Shown here piece after piece: positions 20,733-30,254 of a stretch of 64,000 nucleotides of DNA. The notes below the pieces were generated by a model. It had not been told where the DNA came from, searched no databases, and was given only the letters and a program-made list of their open reading frames with translations. Source of the DNA: Pseudomonadota bacterium (lineage in GTDB: Bacteria > Desulfobacterota > Desulfobacteria > Desulfobacterales > JBDRRP01). Location: contig JBDRRP010000068.1 in NCBI GenBank assembly GCA_043825735.1, positions 62,001 through 126,000 on the forward strand, read 5' to 3'. The number at the start of each line of letters is the position of its first letter. Within the stretch, counting starts at the first letter, position 1. The translations under genes and the position numbers were made by a program.

Positions 20733-21302
20733 ATGCCTCACCAACGGAGCCGATATCCGAAAGAGCTGGTATTGAAAGACTGTACGGAGGTCATTCTCAG
20801 GCCGTTGGACGCCGAAGATCTTGATAACGTACTGCAGTTTTTCAGAGACCTTCCTTTGGACAACCGGTGGTACCTTAAAGAAGATCCGACGCAACCGGAA
20901 ATCATCGAAAAATGGATCCGGAATCAGTCCTTGGGCAAGAGCTTCTGCGTGCTGGCCATCCATGACAGCCGCGTGGTGGCTCAGGCCAGTTTGTTAAAGC
21001 AGCTTCACGGCGGGCGCCAGCATGTGGGACGCATTCGATTGATGGTTGCCCAGGATTTCCGCAACAAACGACTCGGTACATGGATGATTTTCGACCTGAT
21101 TCGCCGGGCCATGGAACTGGGCCTTGAGAAACTGCGTACCGATTTCATTATCGGCGTGGAAGACATGGCCATCGAAGCGGCCCGGAAGCAAGATTTCGTC
21201 AAAGAGGGGCTGCTGCGAAATTACTACCGGGATGAGGCGGGAAACTATTACGACTATCAGATCATGATCAAAGATCTTCACAACGATTGGAGTGATTTCT
21301 AA
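20733..21302 (+). CDS. GNAT family N-acetyltransferase (Pat-like standalone domain)
   Basis: LKD.TEVILRPL N-terminus; V..DFRNKRLGT acetyl-CoA motif. Confidence 0.85.
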   Translation: MPHQRSRYPKELVLKDCTEVILRPLDAEDLDNVLQFFRDLPLDNRWYLKEDPTQPEIIEKWIRNQSLGKSFCVLAIHDSRVVAQASLLKQLHGGRQHVGRIRLMVAQDFRNKRLGTWMIFDLIRRAMELGLEKLRTDFIIGVEDMAIEAARKQDFVKEGLLRNYYRDEAGNYYDYQIMIKDLHNDWSDF

Positions 21303-21313
21303 CGGCCGCATTC

Positions 21314-21949
21314 ATGATTCCAACCCATCAGAATCGGGTGTTTGTCGATACAGAACGCGGCCGGATTTCTCTGACCTCCTTTTGCAGACCTGAAGATATC
21401 CGATTGCTGGCCTTCAAGCGCGCCTTTGGCACTCATCCCCATTATAACCCCATTGTCTCCAAGAAGCAGAGCCTGATCCAGGCCGCCGGTGACGCCGATG
21501 CCAATGTGACCATCGCCGCCGCCGATGACGGAGATATCGTCGGTTTTGGTATTCTGGCCTATCCCCATCCCGAAGAGCGATGGCACCGGGTCGGTGACCG
21601 GATCATGATGGAGGTGGCGGTCATTGAGGTCAGCCGTCCCTGGCGGTCCATGGGGCTTTCCCAAAAGATTCTGGCAATGGTCCTTGATCATCCGCTCAAG
21701 GAGGATCGTATTATTTATATGGTGGGCTATTCCTGGACCTGGGACCTGGACGGCAGCGCGATGGCCACGATGGACTACCGGGAAATGATGATCCATCTGT
21801 TTTCTGTCTTTGGTTTTAAGGTGCTGCAGACCAACGAACCCAATGTCATGCTTCGCCCGGAGAATCTGTTCATGGTGCGCATCGGCAAAAATATTTCCGA
21901 AGAAATTCGAATACGGCTGAAACGGGTCCAGTTCAACCTTGACCTTTAG
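21314..21949 (+). CDS. AcuA-like GNAT protein acetyltransferase
   Basis: YPHPEERW, IEVSRPWRSMGL, YSWTWDL and TNEPN...PENLFMVRIG resemble AcuA family motifs. Confidence 0.8.
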   Translation: MIPTHQNRVFVDTERGRISLTSFCRPEDIRLLAFKRAFGTHPHYNPIVSKKQSLIQAAGDADANVTIAAADDGDIVGFGILAYPHPEERWHRVGDRIMMEVAVIEVSRPWRSMGLSQKILAMVLDHPLKEDRIIYMVGYSWTWDLDGSAMATMDYREMMIHLFSVFGFKVLQTNEPNVMLRPENLFMVRIGKNISEEIRIRLKRVQFNLDL

Positions 21950-21985
21950 CAGGCTTCCAAAAGCCTGTTCGCGGTTTCTGACCGC

Positions 21986-22027
21986 TTGACATTTCCGGGG
22001 GTTCTCATTAACAACTACAATGTAGCT
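21986..22027 (+). promoter_or_regulatory. Promoter of the ACT/HK operon with a palindromic operator
   Basis: TTGACA at 21986; AACTACAATGTAGCT at 22013-22027 (14/15 to consensus). Confidence 0.65.
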
Positions 22028-22074
22028 AAAAAACAACCGCTTGGTCCGTGTGCCGTCGCACGGGGGAGGTCGAC

Positions 22075-22518
22075 ATGAAACTCAAACAAATTTCTGTCTT
22101 CATCGAGAATGTGCCGGGGCGGCTTTACGAAGTCACCAGTGCCCTGGGCGAAGCCGGAATCAACCTCAGGGCGCTGAATCTGGTCGATACCGGTGATTTC
22201 GGCAAGCTCAGACTTCTTGTGTCGGATATCGCCACGACCAGGCGAATCATGATGGAGCGTCATATACCCGCCCGGGTGGACGACGTGGTTGCCGCCGAGA
22301 TTGAGGATCGTCCCGGTGCGCTGGCCGCGCTGCTCAAACCGTTGAAGGATGCCGGAATCAACGTGGTGCACATGTACGCCTTCATCGGCGTTTCAGCGGA
22401 GAAAGCGGTCATGATTTTTCGTTTCAGCGATATCGACAAAGCGATCGACGTCCTTTTGAAAAATGGGATACGCCTTCTGGATGCTGAAACATTCGGCATC
22501 CTCGAGTCTGAGGGCTGA
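22075..22518 (+). CDS. Tandem ACT-domain protein (type often found next to phenylacetate-CoA ligase)
   Basis: QISVFIEN.PGRL, GINLRAL and EDRPGAL..LL..L..AGINV.HMYAF. Confidence 0.9.
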   Translation: MKLKQISVFIENVPGRLYEVTSALGEAGINLRALNLVDTGDFGKLRLLVSDIATTRRIMMERHIPARVDDVVAAEIEDRPGALAALLKPLKDAGINVVHMYAFIGVSAEKAVMIFRFSDIDKAIDVLLKNGIRLLDAETFGILESEG

Positions 22519-22644
22519 AAAAGAGTCATTTTTCGTATGCATCGGACCCGTTGCAGCAAATAGCACCCGCTGCGCTTCCCGGCTGGATCGAAACGGATGC
22601 TGTCGGGCGGGGCGCATGCGGCAGCCCGCTCCAGCCGTTTGTCC

Positions 22645-25071
22645 ATGGGGAAACAGACACCCAAGGCCCATATGCCTCCCGAGACGCCGAAGACTACATC
22701 AAAGAAGACGCCCCTTACGGAACCGATGCCGGAGACCTGCGGCATTCCCCGGGATCGCTACCGGGTCTTTCTCGAAGACGTGGCCGATGGGTTTTACGAA
22801 ACCGATCTGAAGGGCGGTTTTGTCTTCTTGAACAAAGCCATGTGCAAGATCTTTGGCTACCCGGAAGAAGAGATTCTCGGGAAAAACTACCGAGCCTTCA
22901 TGGACGCATCCAGTGCGGAGCTCGCCTATGAAAATTTTCATGATATCTATCGAACCGGCAAACAGGAGATCGATATTGTCTGGGAGATCATTCGAAGGGA
23001 TGGCGAGTTGCGCACCCTGGAGATTTCAGCCAATCTGATCACCGACGAGGCCGGTCGAAAGACCGGCTTTCGGGGCATCGCCCGGGACATGACTGATAAA
23101 TACAGCACGCAGGCGGCGCTTGAAGCCTCGCGCAAGCGTGCTCACGAGCAGTACCTGTCCAGCCGGCGGGCAGAACTGCGGTATCTGGCGTTTCTGAAAT
23201 TTCTTCCGGAACCGGTATTTGTTTTCAGTACGGACCACACCGTTTCCTATCTCAATCCGGCCTTTGAATCGGTGTTTGGCTGGTCATTGGAAGAACTCGA
23301 AGGCAAGCGGATTCCGTTTGTCCCTGATCATGAGAAGGCCAAAACCATTGCCGGTCTCAAAGACCTCGAACGCGACAAGTCCATCCACGGATTTGAGACC
23401 CAGCGACTGACCCGCGACGGCAGGCTGCTGGACATCATTCTGGACGGCGCCATTTTTTACGACGAAAACAATCAGCCGGCCGGCCAGGTAGTGACCCTTC
23501 GGGACGTGACACGGGAAAAACGTCTGGCGAGGAGCAACCAGGCGCTGTTTCGCATTGCAAAGGCCCTGCACCGTTTCAGGCTTCTGGACGATCGACTTCA
23601 TTTTATCGCCCAGGAGGTACAGTCGCTGATCGATGTCGAGGGCGCATCGGTCATTTTGCTGGATGAGGAAAAGCGCGAATTCTTTTTTCGCGTGAGCGCC
23701 TTCGAGGATCTGAAAACCGGCCAGCGGATGCAGGAAATCCGGTTTCCTGCCGACAAGGGGGTTGCCGCCGAAGTTTACCGCACCGGGCGCTCACTGGTCG
23801 TGCCGGACTATTCCCGCAGTCCCTTTTATTTCAAGCCGGTGGACGATAAGGCCGGGTATCAGACCCGCAGTATGCTCGACGTTCCCATCTGGCTCGAAAA
23901 GCGCATGATCGGCGTGCTGTGTGCGGTAAATAAAAAGACGGGCACCTTCGACCAGACCGATGTGGCCCTGCTTGAAACCATCGCCGGCATGGTTGCCCTG
24001 CCCATCGAAAACGCCCGAATCAACGAAGCGCTGAAAAAGTCCTATGACGAGGTGACCAGCCTCAACCGCGCCAAGGACAGGGTGATTCATCGACTCTCCC
24101 ACGAACTCAAGACGCCGGTATCGGTCCTGTCCGCTTCTCTGGCGCTGCTGGCGCGAAAAGCCGGAGAGACGGACGCCCCGGGTTTCCAGCGCATCCTGAA
24201 GCGCGCGCAGCGAAACCTTCAGCGCATTCTGGAGTTGCAGTATGAAATCGAGGACATTCTTCGCACCGGAGACTACGCCACCCACCGCATGCTCAGTCTT
24301 CTTTTGGACGCCAGTGCCGACGAGCTCGAAATGCTGGTTTCCGAGGCCCTGACCGAGCGCCAACTGGATGCAGATGACATTGTGCAGCGTATTCGAGATA
24401 AGATCGACACCCTGTTCGGGCCGAAAGACGTCGCTTCAAAGGAGGTGGCGCTCGAATCCAGTATCCGGGAGATTCTGGGCCGCGTCGCCCCGAAATTTCA
24501 CCACCGGCAGTGCCGACTGGTTCTGAACCTCGAACCGGTGCCGCCTGTAGAGATTCCGCCGGAGGTGCTGGAAAAAGTCGTGACGGGGTTGGTGCGAAAC
24601 GCAGTGGAAAACACGCCCGACCAGGGCCTTATCGAAATCGGTCTTCATGATGCCGCGGATGGCCCGGTGCTGACGCTCCGCGATTATGGCGTCGGGGTGA
24701 CGGCCGAACAGCGGCAGCTGCTTTTTGAAAGCTATTTCTCAACAGCCGACCCCATGCTCTACGCCACCAAAAAACCCTATGACTTCAATGCGGGCGGCAA
24801 GGGGTTCGACCTGCTGCGCATGAAGATTTTCTCCGAGCGTTACCACTTTGCCATCGACATGACCACGATCCGGTGCAAATTCATACCTAACCAGGACGAT
24901 GTGTGTCCCGGCCGGATCGAGGACTGCCCGCATTGCCGAAGCGAGACGGACTGCCTCGAATCCGGAGGCACCACGGTGACCGTCGGCTTTTTGAAGCGCC
25001 GCGCGCCGGCGAAACACTCCGCGCCCCCACCGCGGGAAACAACTGTCACGGATGGTCAACCATCCCACTGA
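22645..25071 (+). CDS. Cytoplasmic PAS-PAS-GAF sensor histidine kinase
   Basis: Two PAS/PAC domains (GIARD, TLRDVT), GAF (..VNK..G.F..D..LLE), H-box SHELKTP, N-box LVRNAVE and D.G.G. Start uncertain (22597-22726). Confidence 0.9.
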   Translation: MGKQTPKAHMPPETPKTTSKKTPLTEPMPETCGIPRDRYRVFLEDVADGFYETDLKGGFVFLNKAMCKIFGYPEEEILGKNYRAFMDASSAELAYENFHDIYRTGKQEIDIVWEIIRRDGELRTLEISANLITDEAGRKTGFRGIARDMTDKYSTQAALEASRKRAHEQYLSSRRAELRYLAFLKFLPEPVFVFSTDHTVSYLNPAFESVFGWSLEELEGKRIPFVPDHEKAKTIAGLKDLERDKSIHGFETQRLTRDGRLLDIILDGAIFYDENNQPAGQVVTLRDVTREKRLARSNQALFRIAKALHRFRLLDDRLHFIAQEVQSLIDVEGASVILLDEEKREFFFRVSAFEDLKTGQRMQEIRFPADKGVAAEVYRTGRSLVVPDYSRSPFYFKPVDDKAGYQTRSMLDVPIWLEKRMIGVLCAVNKKTGTFDQTDVALLETIAGMVALPIENARINEALKKSYDEVTSLNRAKDRVIHRLSHELKTPVSVLSASLALLARKAGETDAPGFQRILKRAQRNLQRILELQYEIEDILRTGDYATHRMLSLLLDASADELEMLVSEALTERQLDADDIVQRIRDKIDTLFGPKDVASKEVALESSIREILGRVAPKFHHRQCRLVLNLEPVPPVEIPPEVLEKVVTGLVRNAVENTPDQGLIEIGLHDAADGPVLTLRDYGVGVTAEQRQLLFESYFSTADPMLYATKKPYDFNAGGKGFDLLRMKIFSERYHFAIDMTTIRCKFIPNQDDVCPGRIEDCPHCRSETDCLESGGTTVTVGFLKRRAPAKHSAPPPRETTVTDGQPSH

Positions 25072-25077
25072 TTGGCC

Positions 25078-25902
25078 ATGGTTCAACAAAAAGTGAAAAA
25101 AGACCCCATTTCGAGTATTGTCTGCAATACCGGCGAACGGTTCTTCCAGGAAGTAGAGATCGAGTTCCTGGTCCATGAGCTCAAGGATCCGCTGTCGGTG
25201 ATCGAGACCGGTATCCGGACGCTGCTGGAGAGGCAAAACAAATACGGTCCGCTGAGTGAACGTCAGCAGAGGACCCTCGATCGCGTGCTGAGAAACGCCG
25301 CCAAAGCCAGACAGATGGTCTATGGCCTGCTTGAGGTCGGCCGTGCCCAGGCATCCTGCATGACCTGCTGCCGGTTTTTCCCCTGGCAGGCCGTGTTCTC
25401 GGCACTCATGGCTGCCCTGGAGACATTTCCAGCCGGGGAGTGGGCCGTACCCGGGGCGGACGCCGACGATCGGGACATCCAGCGTTTTCTGGAGCGCTCC
25501 CGAATCGATCTGGTCATCTCCCCTCGGGCGGCGGCCATGGAGCTGTTTCAAGATGAGGTCAAATTCCGCTGTATTGCCGGCAACCTCATCAAAAACGCCC
25601 TCCAGTATCGCCGCGAACGCATGGCGGTTTCGCTGGACGGCGACGCCGACACGCTGGTGGTCGTTGTCAGCGACGACGGCCCCGGCATCGAGCCCCAGCA
25701 CCACGAAGCGGTGTTTCAGCGATATCTGCGCGCCGGTGCCGATTTATCGCGAAGCGGACATGGACTGGGGCTGGCCTGTTCGCGAATCCTGGCCCGCAGC
25801 ATGGGCGGGGATATTGTATTGGAGAGCCATCGGGGAACAGGGGCCCGGTTCCGGTTGCACCTGCCCATATCGTCAATCGTTCAGGAAGGGGACAAGTCAT
25901 GA
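25078..25902 (+). CDS. Sensor-less histidine kinase
   Basis: VHELKDP H-box, NLIKNA, DDGPGI and GHGLGLA; no input domain. Confidence 0.88.
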   Translation: MVQQKVKKDPISSIVCNTGERFFQEVEIEFLVHELKDPLSVIETGIRTLLERQNKYGPLSERQQRTLDRVLRNAAKARQMVYGLLEVGRAQASCMTCCRFFPWQAVFSALMAALETFPAGEWAVPGADADDRDIQRFLERSRIDLVISPRAAAMELFQDEVKFRCIAGNLIKNALQYRRERMAVSLDGDADTLVVVVSDDGPGIEPQHHEAVFQRYLRAGADLSRSGHGLGLACSRILARSMGGDIVLESHRGTGARFRLHLPISSIVQEGDKS

Positions 25903-26456
25903 CCGAGCAGATTTCGCATATCAAGGGTAAACGTATCCTGGCCGTGGACGACGAGGAGGATATTCTGGAGACCATCGAAGACATCCTCGATGACGCTCAG
26001 GTGGACCGGGCCACGGATTACGCGAGCGCTTCGGCGAAAATCCGCGAAAACCGGTATGATCTGGCGATTCTGGACATCATGGGGGTCAACGGCCTCAAAC
26101 TGCTGGAAGAGGCGGTTGAAAAGGGGATCCCCGCGGTGATGCTCACCGCCCACGCGGTCAATCCCGAGACCCTCATGGAATCAATTCGCAAGGGGGCGAT
26201 TTCCTATCTGCCCAAAGAGACCCTGGCCGAACTCGACGAACTGCTCAATTCACTGCTGGGAGCCCGGGAGCGGGGAGAGCCGCCCTGGCGTCTTCTCTTT
26301 GAACGGCTTGGAGACTATTTCAACGATCGGTTTGGGGTCCAGTGGCAGGAAAAAGACCGCGCCTTCTGGTCCGAATTCAACCGGACCTATCAGGTGGGCA
26401 AAGGAATTTCCCAGCGTCTTCTCCACGACGAGCGGGTTCGCGGCAAAGGGGTTTAG
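25899..26456 (+). CDS. Response regulator (REC plus short Trp-rich tail, no DNA-binding domain)
   Basis: AVDDEED, ILDIMG, MLTAH and YLPK motifs. Confidence 0.9.
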   Translation: MTEQISHIKGKRILAVDDEEDILETIEDILDDAQVDRATDYASASAKIRENRYDLAILDIMGVNGLKLLEEAVEKGIPAVMLTAHAVNPETLMESIRKGAISYLPKETLAELDELLNSLLGARERGEPPWRLLFERLGDYFNDRFGVQWQEKDRAFWSEFNRTYQVGKGISQRLLHDERVRGKGV

Positions 26457-26457
26457 G

Positions 26458-26540
26458 GTGTGAACCACGAAGGTCACGAAGTGCTCGAAGAAAAACCAAA
26501 AGCAACGGGGATAGAAAACCTTTGTGCTCTTCGTGGTGAT
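26458..26540. repeat. 9-mer periodic palindromic intergenic element (cacgaag family)
   Basis: accacgaaggtcacgaagtgctcgaag ... ctttgtgctcttcgtggt. Confidence 0.8.
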
Positions 26541-26643
26541 TAAAAACTCGGGGGCAGCGAGGCAGCGGCAATGCTACTTGGATTTTGTGCATAACCAGAT
26601 TCTTGGATTGGCGGCAGCATACCCCACCCGACACCCTGCCTGA

Positions 26644-27441
26644 TCACAGGTCCCGGTCCACCACTGCCCGCAGATGCTTTGCCGACGTTCGGGTTTCGGC
26701 GATGATATGGGCCGTCTTGGGGGCGTCCAGACCGGCTGAAAAACCGACCACCCAGACCGCCATGGGCAACGCACTGCGGTTGTCCAGGCTGACGGCAACG
26801 GCTTTGACCCCGGCCAGGTATTCTTCATCGTCGAGCGCGTATCCGTTTTTCCGAACGCTTTCGAGTTCTCGCAGATAGGCGTTTTCATCGGTCACCGATC
26901 GGGGCGTGGACCGGGGCAGGCCGGTCCGGCGGAGTTGCTCTCTGGCCCTGGCATCGTCCATCCGGGCCAAAAAGACCTTGCCCACCGCCCCGGCCAGCAA
27001 GGGGATGACCGTACCGGGGGGAGAAGAGATCTTGAAGGGTTTCTCAGCTTCGGCGGTGGCCACGATGACCCCTTTAGAGCAACTCATGACCCCAAGAAAA
27101 ACCGTCTCGCCGATTCGATCGCGCAGATCGTTGAGAAGAGGCTGCACGGTTGCAGCGATGCGGAAATAGTTCCAACGTTTCAGGGACAGATCGGCCAGAA
27201 CCGGTCCGAGCAGGAGCTTTTTACCCTCAAGATCGTGTTCCAGAGCGCCTTCGGCCAGCAATGCCCCCACCAGCCCATGAGTCGTTCCCTTGCTCAAGCA
27301 AAGAGACTGGGCCAGTTCACTGAGACCCTGTGGCGTGCGGGCATCGGCTACGGCCCGCAGCAGTGCAAAGGCTTTGCGTACCGCCGGTGCCTGGTACCCG
27401 GATTCTTTCGGGGATGTCGGAGCGCTGTTATTTTCGGTCAA
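26644..27441 (-). CDS. IclR family transcriptional regulator
   Basis: N-terminal HTH (LSKGTTHGLV), GAVGKVFLA and GYALDDEEYLAGVKAVAV; TTG start. Confidence 0.93.
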   Translation of the reverse strand: MTENNSAPTSPKESGYQAPAVRKAFALLRAVADARTPQGLSELAQSLCLSKGTTHGLVGALLAEGALEHDLEGKKLLLGPVLADLSLKRWNYFRIAATVQPLLNDLRDRIGETVFLGVMSCSKGVIVATAEAEKPFKISSPPGTVIPLLAGAVGKVFLARMDDARAREQLRRTGLPRSTPRSVTDENAYLRELESVRKNGYALDDEEYLAGVKAVAVSLDNRSALPMAVWVVGFSAGLDAPKTAHIIAETRTSAKHLRAVVDRDL

Positions 27442-27475
27442 AATGAATGGATTCCTGGCTCAAAGATTGAAAGAG

Positions 27476-27493
27476 CGTTCTCTATACTGAACG
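27476..27493. promoter_or_regulatory. Putative IclR operator 1
   Basis: CGTTC-TCTATACT-GAACG palindrome upstream of the IclR gene. Confidence 0.6.
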
Positions 27494-27606
27494 AGATGCC
27501 TAAAGTACTTGAATCGCATCCACCTGTCAAGTGGCGGGTGAAAATATCTGAACGTCCTGTTTTTAATAAAATGGCTGGTAATTTGTCCGGCCCAAAAGAT
27601 TTTTAG

Positions 27607-27658
27607 TTGACAAGAGGAAGACTCATGATAGAATCGACCCCGTTCATTATAAGGAACC
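27607..27658 (+). promoter_or_regulatory. sigma70 promoter plus putative IclR operator 2 of the molybdoenzyme operon
   Basis: TTGACA at 27607, TGnTAGAAT at 27626-27634, CGTTC-ATTATAAG-GAACC at 27641-27658. Confidence 0.65.
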
Positions 27659-27684
27659 TTTTTGCTGCCTCAGGAGGCTCATGA

Positions 27685-28710
27685 ATGAAGCAGGTGCCGG
27701 TACAGAATGCGGTCGGAATGATTTTGAGCCACGATATTACCCGGATCGTACCCGGTGAGTGCAAGGGGCCGGCCTTTAGAAAAGGGCAGGTGATTCAGGT
27801 GGGCGATATCCCCCGGCTGCTGGAAATCGGCAAGGAGCACGTCTTTGCCTACGATTTGGCAGATGGCGACGTTCACGAGGACGATGCCGCACAGCGCATC
27901 GCCCGGGCGGCGGCCGGCCCAGGCCTGACGCTGACCCAGCCGGTGGAGGGCAAGGTCAACCTTGTGGCTGCTCAAACCGGTCTTCTCAAAGTCCGCCTCG
28001 AAACCCTTCACCGGCTCAATGCCATCGAAGATGTCATGTTCGCCACCCTTCACAACAACCGGCCCGTCGAGCCCGGAACGCCGGTCGCTGGAACCCGGGT
28101 CATCCCCCTGGCGGTTGGCGAAGAGACGGTCGCCATGGCCGAGGCGGTCTGCGGCAGCGATTTTCCGCTGATCGAGGTCAAACCCTTCGTTTCTAGCCGG
28201 GTCGGTATCATCACCACGGGCAGCGAGGTGTTCCACGGCCGGATCCAAGACCGGTTCGGCCCGGTCCTTCATATGAAATTTGCCGAACTCGGCAGCCAGG
28301 TGATGCGGCAGGACTTTGTTTCGGATGATGTGGCGATGACCGTCGGCGCCATCCACAGCCTTCTGGCCGACGGTGCCGAATTCATTGCGCTCACCGGGGG
28401 CATGTCGGTCGACCCCGACGACCAGACACCGGCCAGCATTCGGGCGGCCGGTGGCGAAGTGGTCACTTATGGGGCGCCGGTGCTCCCCGGCGCCATGTTC
28501 ATGCTGGCCTATATTGGCGATGTGCCGGTGGTGGGTTTGCCGGGGTGTGTCATGTACTATCGTACCAGCATCTTCGATCTGACCGTTCCCAGAATTCTGG
28601 CAGGCGAGCGGCTGACCCGACAGGACATCATCGCCATGGGGCACGGCGGGTTCTGCAGTGGCTGCGACACGTGCCGGTACCCTGGCTGCGCTTTTGGCAA
28701 AGGGTCATGA
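27685..28710 (+). CDS. MoeA-like molybdopterin-binding protein with C-terminal Cys cluster
   Basis: ITTGSEV, TGGMSVDPDD.TP, PVLPGAM and GLPGC; C-terminal CSGCDTCRYPGC. Confidence 0.85.
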   Translation: MKQVPVQNAVGMILSHDITRIVPGECKGPAFRKGQVIQVGDIPRLLEIGKEHVFAYDLADGDVHEDDAAQRIARAAAGPGLTLTQPVEGKVNLVAAQTGLLKVRLETLHRLNAIEDVMFATLHNNRPVEPGTPVAGTRVIPLAVGEETVAMAEAVCGSDFPLIEVKPFVSSRVGIITTGSEVFHGRIQDRFGPVLHMKFAELGSQVMRQDFVSDDVAMTVGAIHSLLADGAEFIALTGGMSVDPDDQTPASIRAAGGEVVTYGAPVLPGAMFMLAYIGDVPVVGLPGCVMYYRTSIFDLTVPRILAGERLTRQDIIAMGHGGFCSGCDTCRYPGCAFGKGS

Positions 28711-28770
28711 TCGGCAGCCGCGGGAAATGGGGCACCATAACCTTTACAGTAGATAAACAAGGAGACGGCC

Positions 28771-29643
28771 ATGCTGCTACCTCGATTTGATTTCCATGAG
28801 CCCAAATCCCTCCAGGAGGCCGTTGAGATCCTGGCCACCTATGGAGACCGGGCCAGGGTGATCGCCGGCGGCACCGACCTGATGGTCAATCTGAAGAAAA
28901 AAGTGGTCAGCCCGGCGCACCTGGTAAGTCTGGCCCGCATCGATTCCCTGCGCGTCCTGACGGGTGAAAACGGCTCGGTTTGCATCGGCGCCTATGTGAC
29001 CGTGGACGAACTGGCCAGTTCTGAAACGGTTTGCGAGTCCATCGGTGCATTGGCCGCCGGCGCCCGGGCCCTGGGCACGCCGCTGATTCGAAACCGGGCC
29101 ACCATCGGCGGCAACCTCGGATCCGCGCGGCCGGCGGCAGACCTGCCGCCGTCACTCATGGTTTACGGGGCGTCTGTGGTCCTGACAGGATCGGGCACCG
29201 AGCGTGCTGTGCCGCTGGACGCATTTTTCAAGGGACCCGGACTCACCGTGTTGAAGCCGGGGGAATGCATCACTGAAATCCAGGTGCCCAGACCACCCGA
29301 GGGCGCAGGCGCCGGTTACATCAACATCGGGGTGCGAAAGAGCCAGGACTGCAACATCGTCAACGTGGCCTCCTACATTTGCCTGGACAGCGGCGGCCGC
29401 ATTGCCGATGCCCGCATCGTCATGGGCTCGGTGGGGCCGACGCCCCTTCGCGCACCATCGGCCGAGGCGCTGCTCAAAGGGGAATCCCCCGATGAGGCCC
29501 TGTTTGCCCGTGCCGGCGAAGCCGCCGCCGCAGACAGCACGCCGATTCTCGATTTCCGCGGATCCGCCCAGTACCGCAGGGATATGGTGGCGGTTTTGAC
29601 CAAACGGACACTGGCCCTGGCCTTGAAAGACGCTCGTAGCTGA
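28771..29643 (+). CDS. Xanthine-dehydrogenase-family FAD subunit (4-hydroxybenzoyl-CoA reductase beta-like)
   Basis: IAGGTDL, IRNRATIGGNL..A.PAAD and DFRGSA.YR motifs. Confidence 0.88.
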   Translation: MLLPRFDFHEPKSLQEAVEILATYGDRARVIAGGTDLMVNLKKKVVSPAHLVSLARIDSLRVLTGENGSVCIGAYVTVDELASSETVCESIGALAAGARALGTPLIRNRATIGGNLGSARPAADLPPSLMVYGASVVLTGSGTERAVPLDAFFKGPGLTVLKPGECITEIQVPRPPEGAGAGYINIGVRKSQDCNIVNVASYICLDSGGRIADARIVMGSVGPTPLRAPSAEALLKGESPDEALFARAGEAAAADSTPILDFRGSAQYRRDMVAVLTKRTLALALKDARS

Positions 29644-29738
29644 TGGCTCAAAAGCTGATGGTCGATGCTCGGAAAGCAAGCATTCCGTTTTCCCATGGCT
29701 TACAGTTTGGAGCTTACAGCTCACAAAGGAGGGATAGA

Positions 29739-30200
29739 ATGAAACAACTGATTTGTCTGACGGTCAATGACAAAGACCACGAAATCGCCGTCGAACCCAA
29801 TGAAACGCTGACCGATCTGCTGCGATACCGGCTTGGCCTGACGGGCACCAAGAAGGGCTGTGAGCTCGGCGACTGCGGCGCCTGTACGGTGATCCTCGAC
29901 GGCAAGCCTGTCAATTCCTGCCTGGTGCTGGCGGTTCAGGCCGCCGGCAGCCGCATCACCACGATCGAGGGCCTCGAGGACGAAACGGGACTGCACCCGC
30001 TTCAGAAATCATTCGTGGACAAGGGCGCCATCCAGTGCGGGTTCTGTTCGCCGGGAATGATCCTTTCGGCCAAGGCGCTGCTGGATCGCTGCCCCGATCC
30101 AGACGACGCAGATATCCGGCGCGCCATTTCAGGCAACCTTTGCCGGTGCACCGGCTACCAGAAGATCATCGAAGCCGTGAAAACAGTGGATCGATCCTAG
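29739..30200 (+). CDS. Xanthine-dehydrogenase-family 2x[2Fe-2S] subunit
   Basis: GCELGDCGACTV...SC, QCGFC and GNLCRCTGY motifs. Confidence 0.93.
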   Translation: MKQLICLTVNDKDHEIAVEPNETLTDLLRYRLGLTGTKKGCELGDCGACTVILDGKPVNSCLVLAVQAAGSRITTIEGLEDETGLHPLQKSFVDKGAIQCGFCSPGMILSAKALLDRCPDPDDADIRRAISGNLCRCTGYQKIIEAVKTVDRS

Positions 30201-30254
30201 CCGTTCGCTCACAGCGCATCGATATTCGCGGATAGCCAAATAAGGAGTCAAAAA

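Noticed and set aside
19314..20963. Long antisense ORFs (e.g. 549 aa here, 8445..9626, 17194..18492, 61524..62729)
   Set aside because: Shadow frames of well-supported genes, expected in high-GC DNA.
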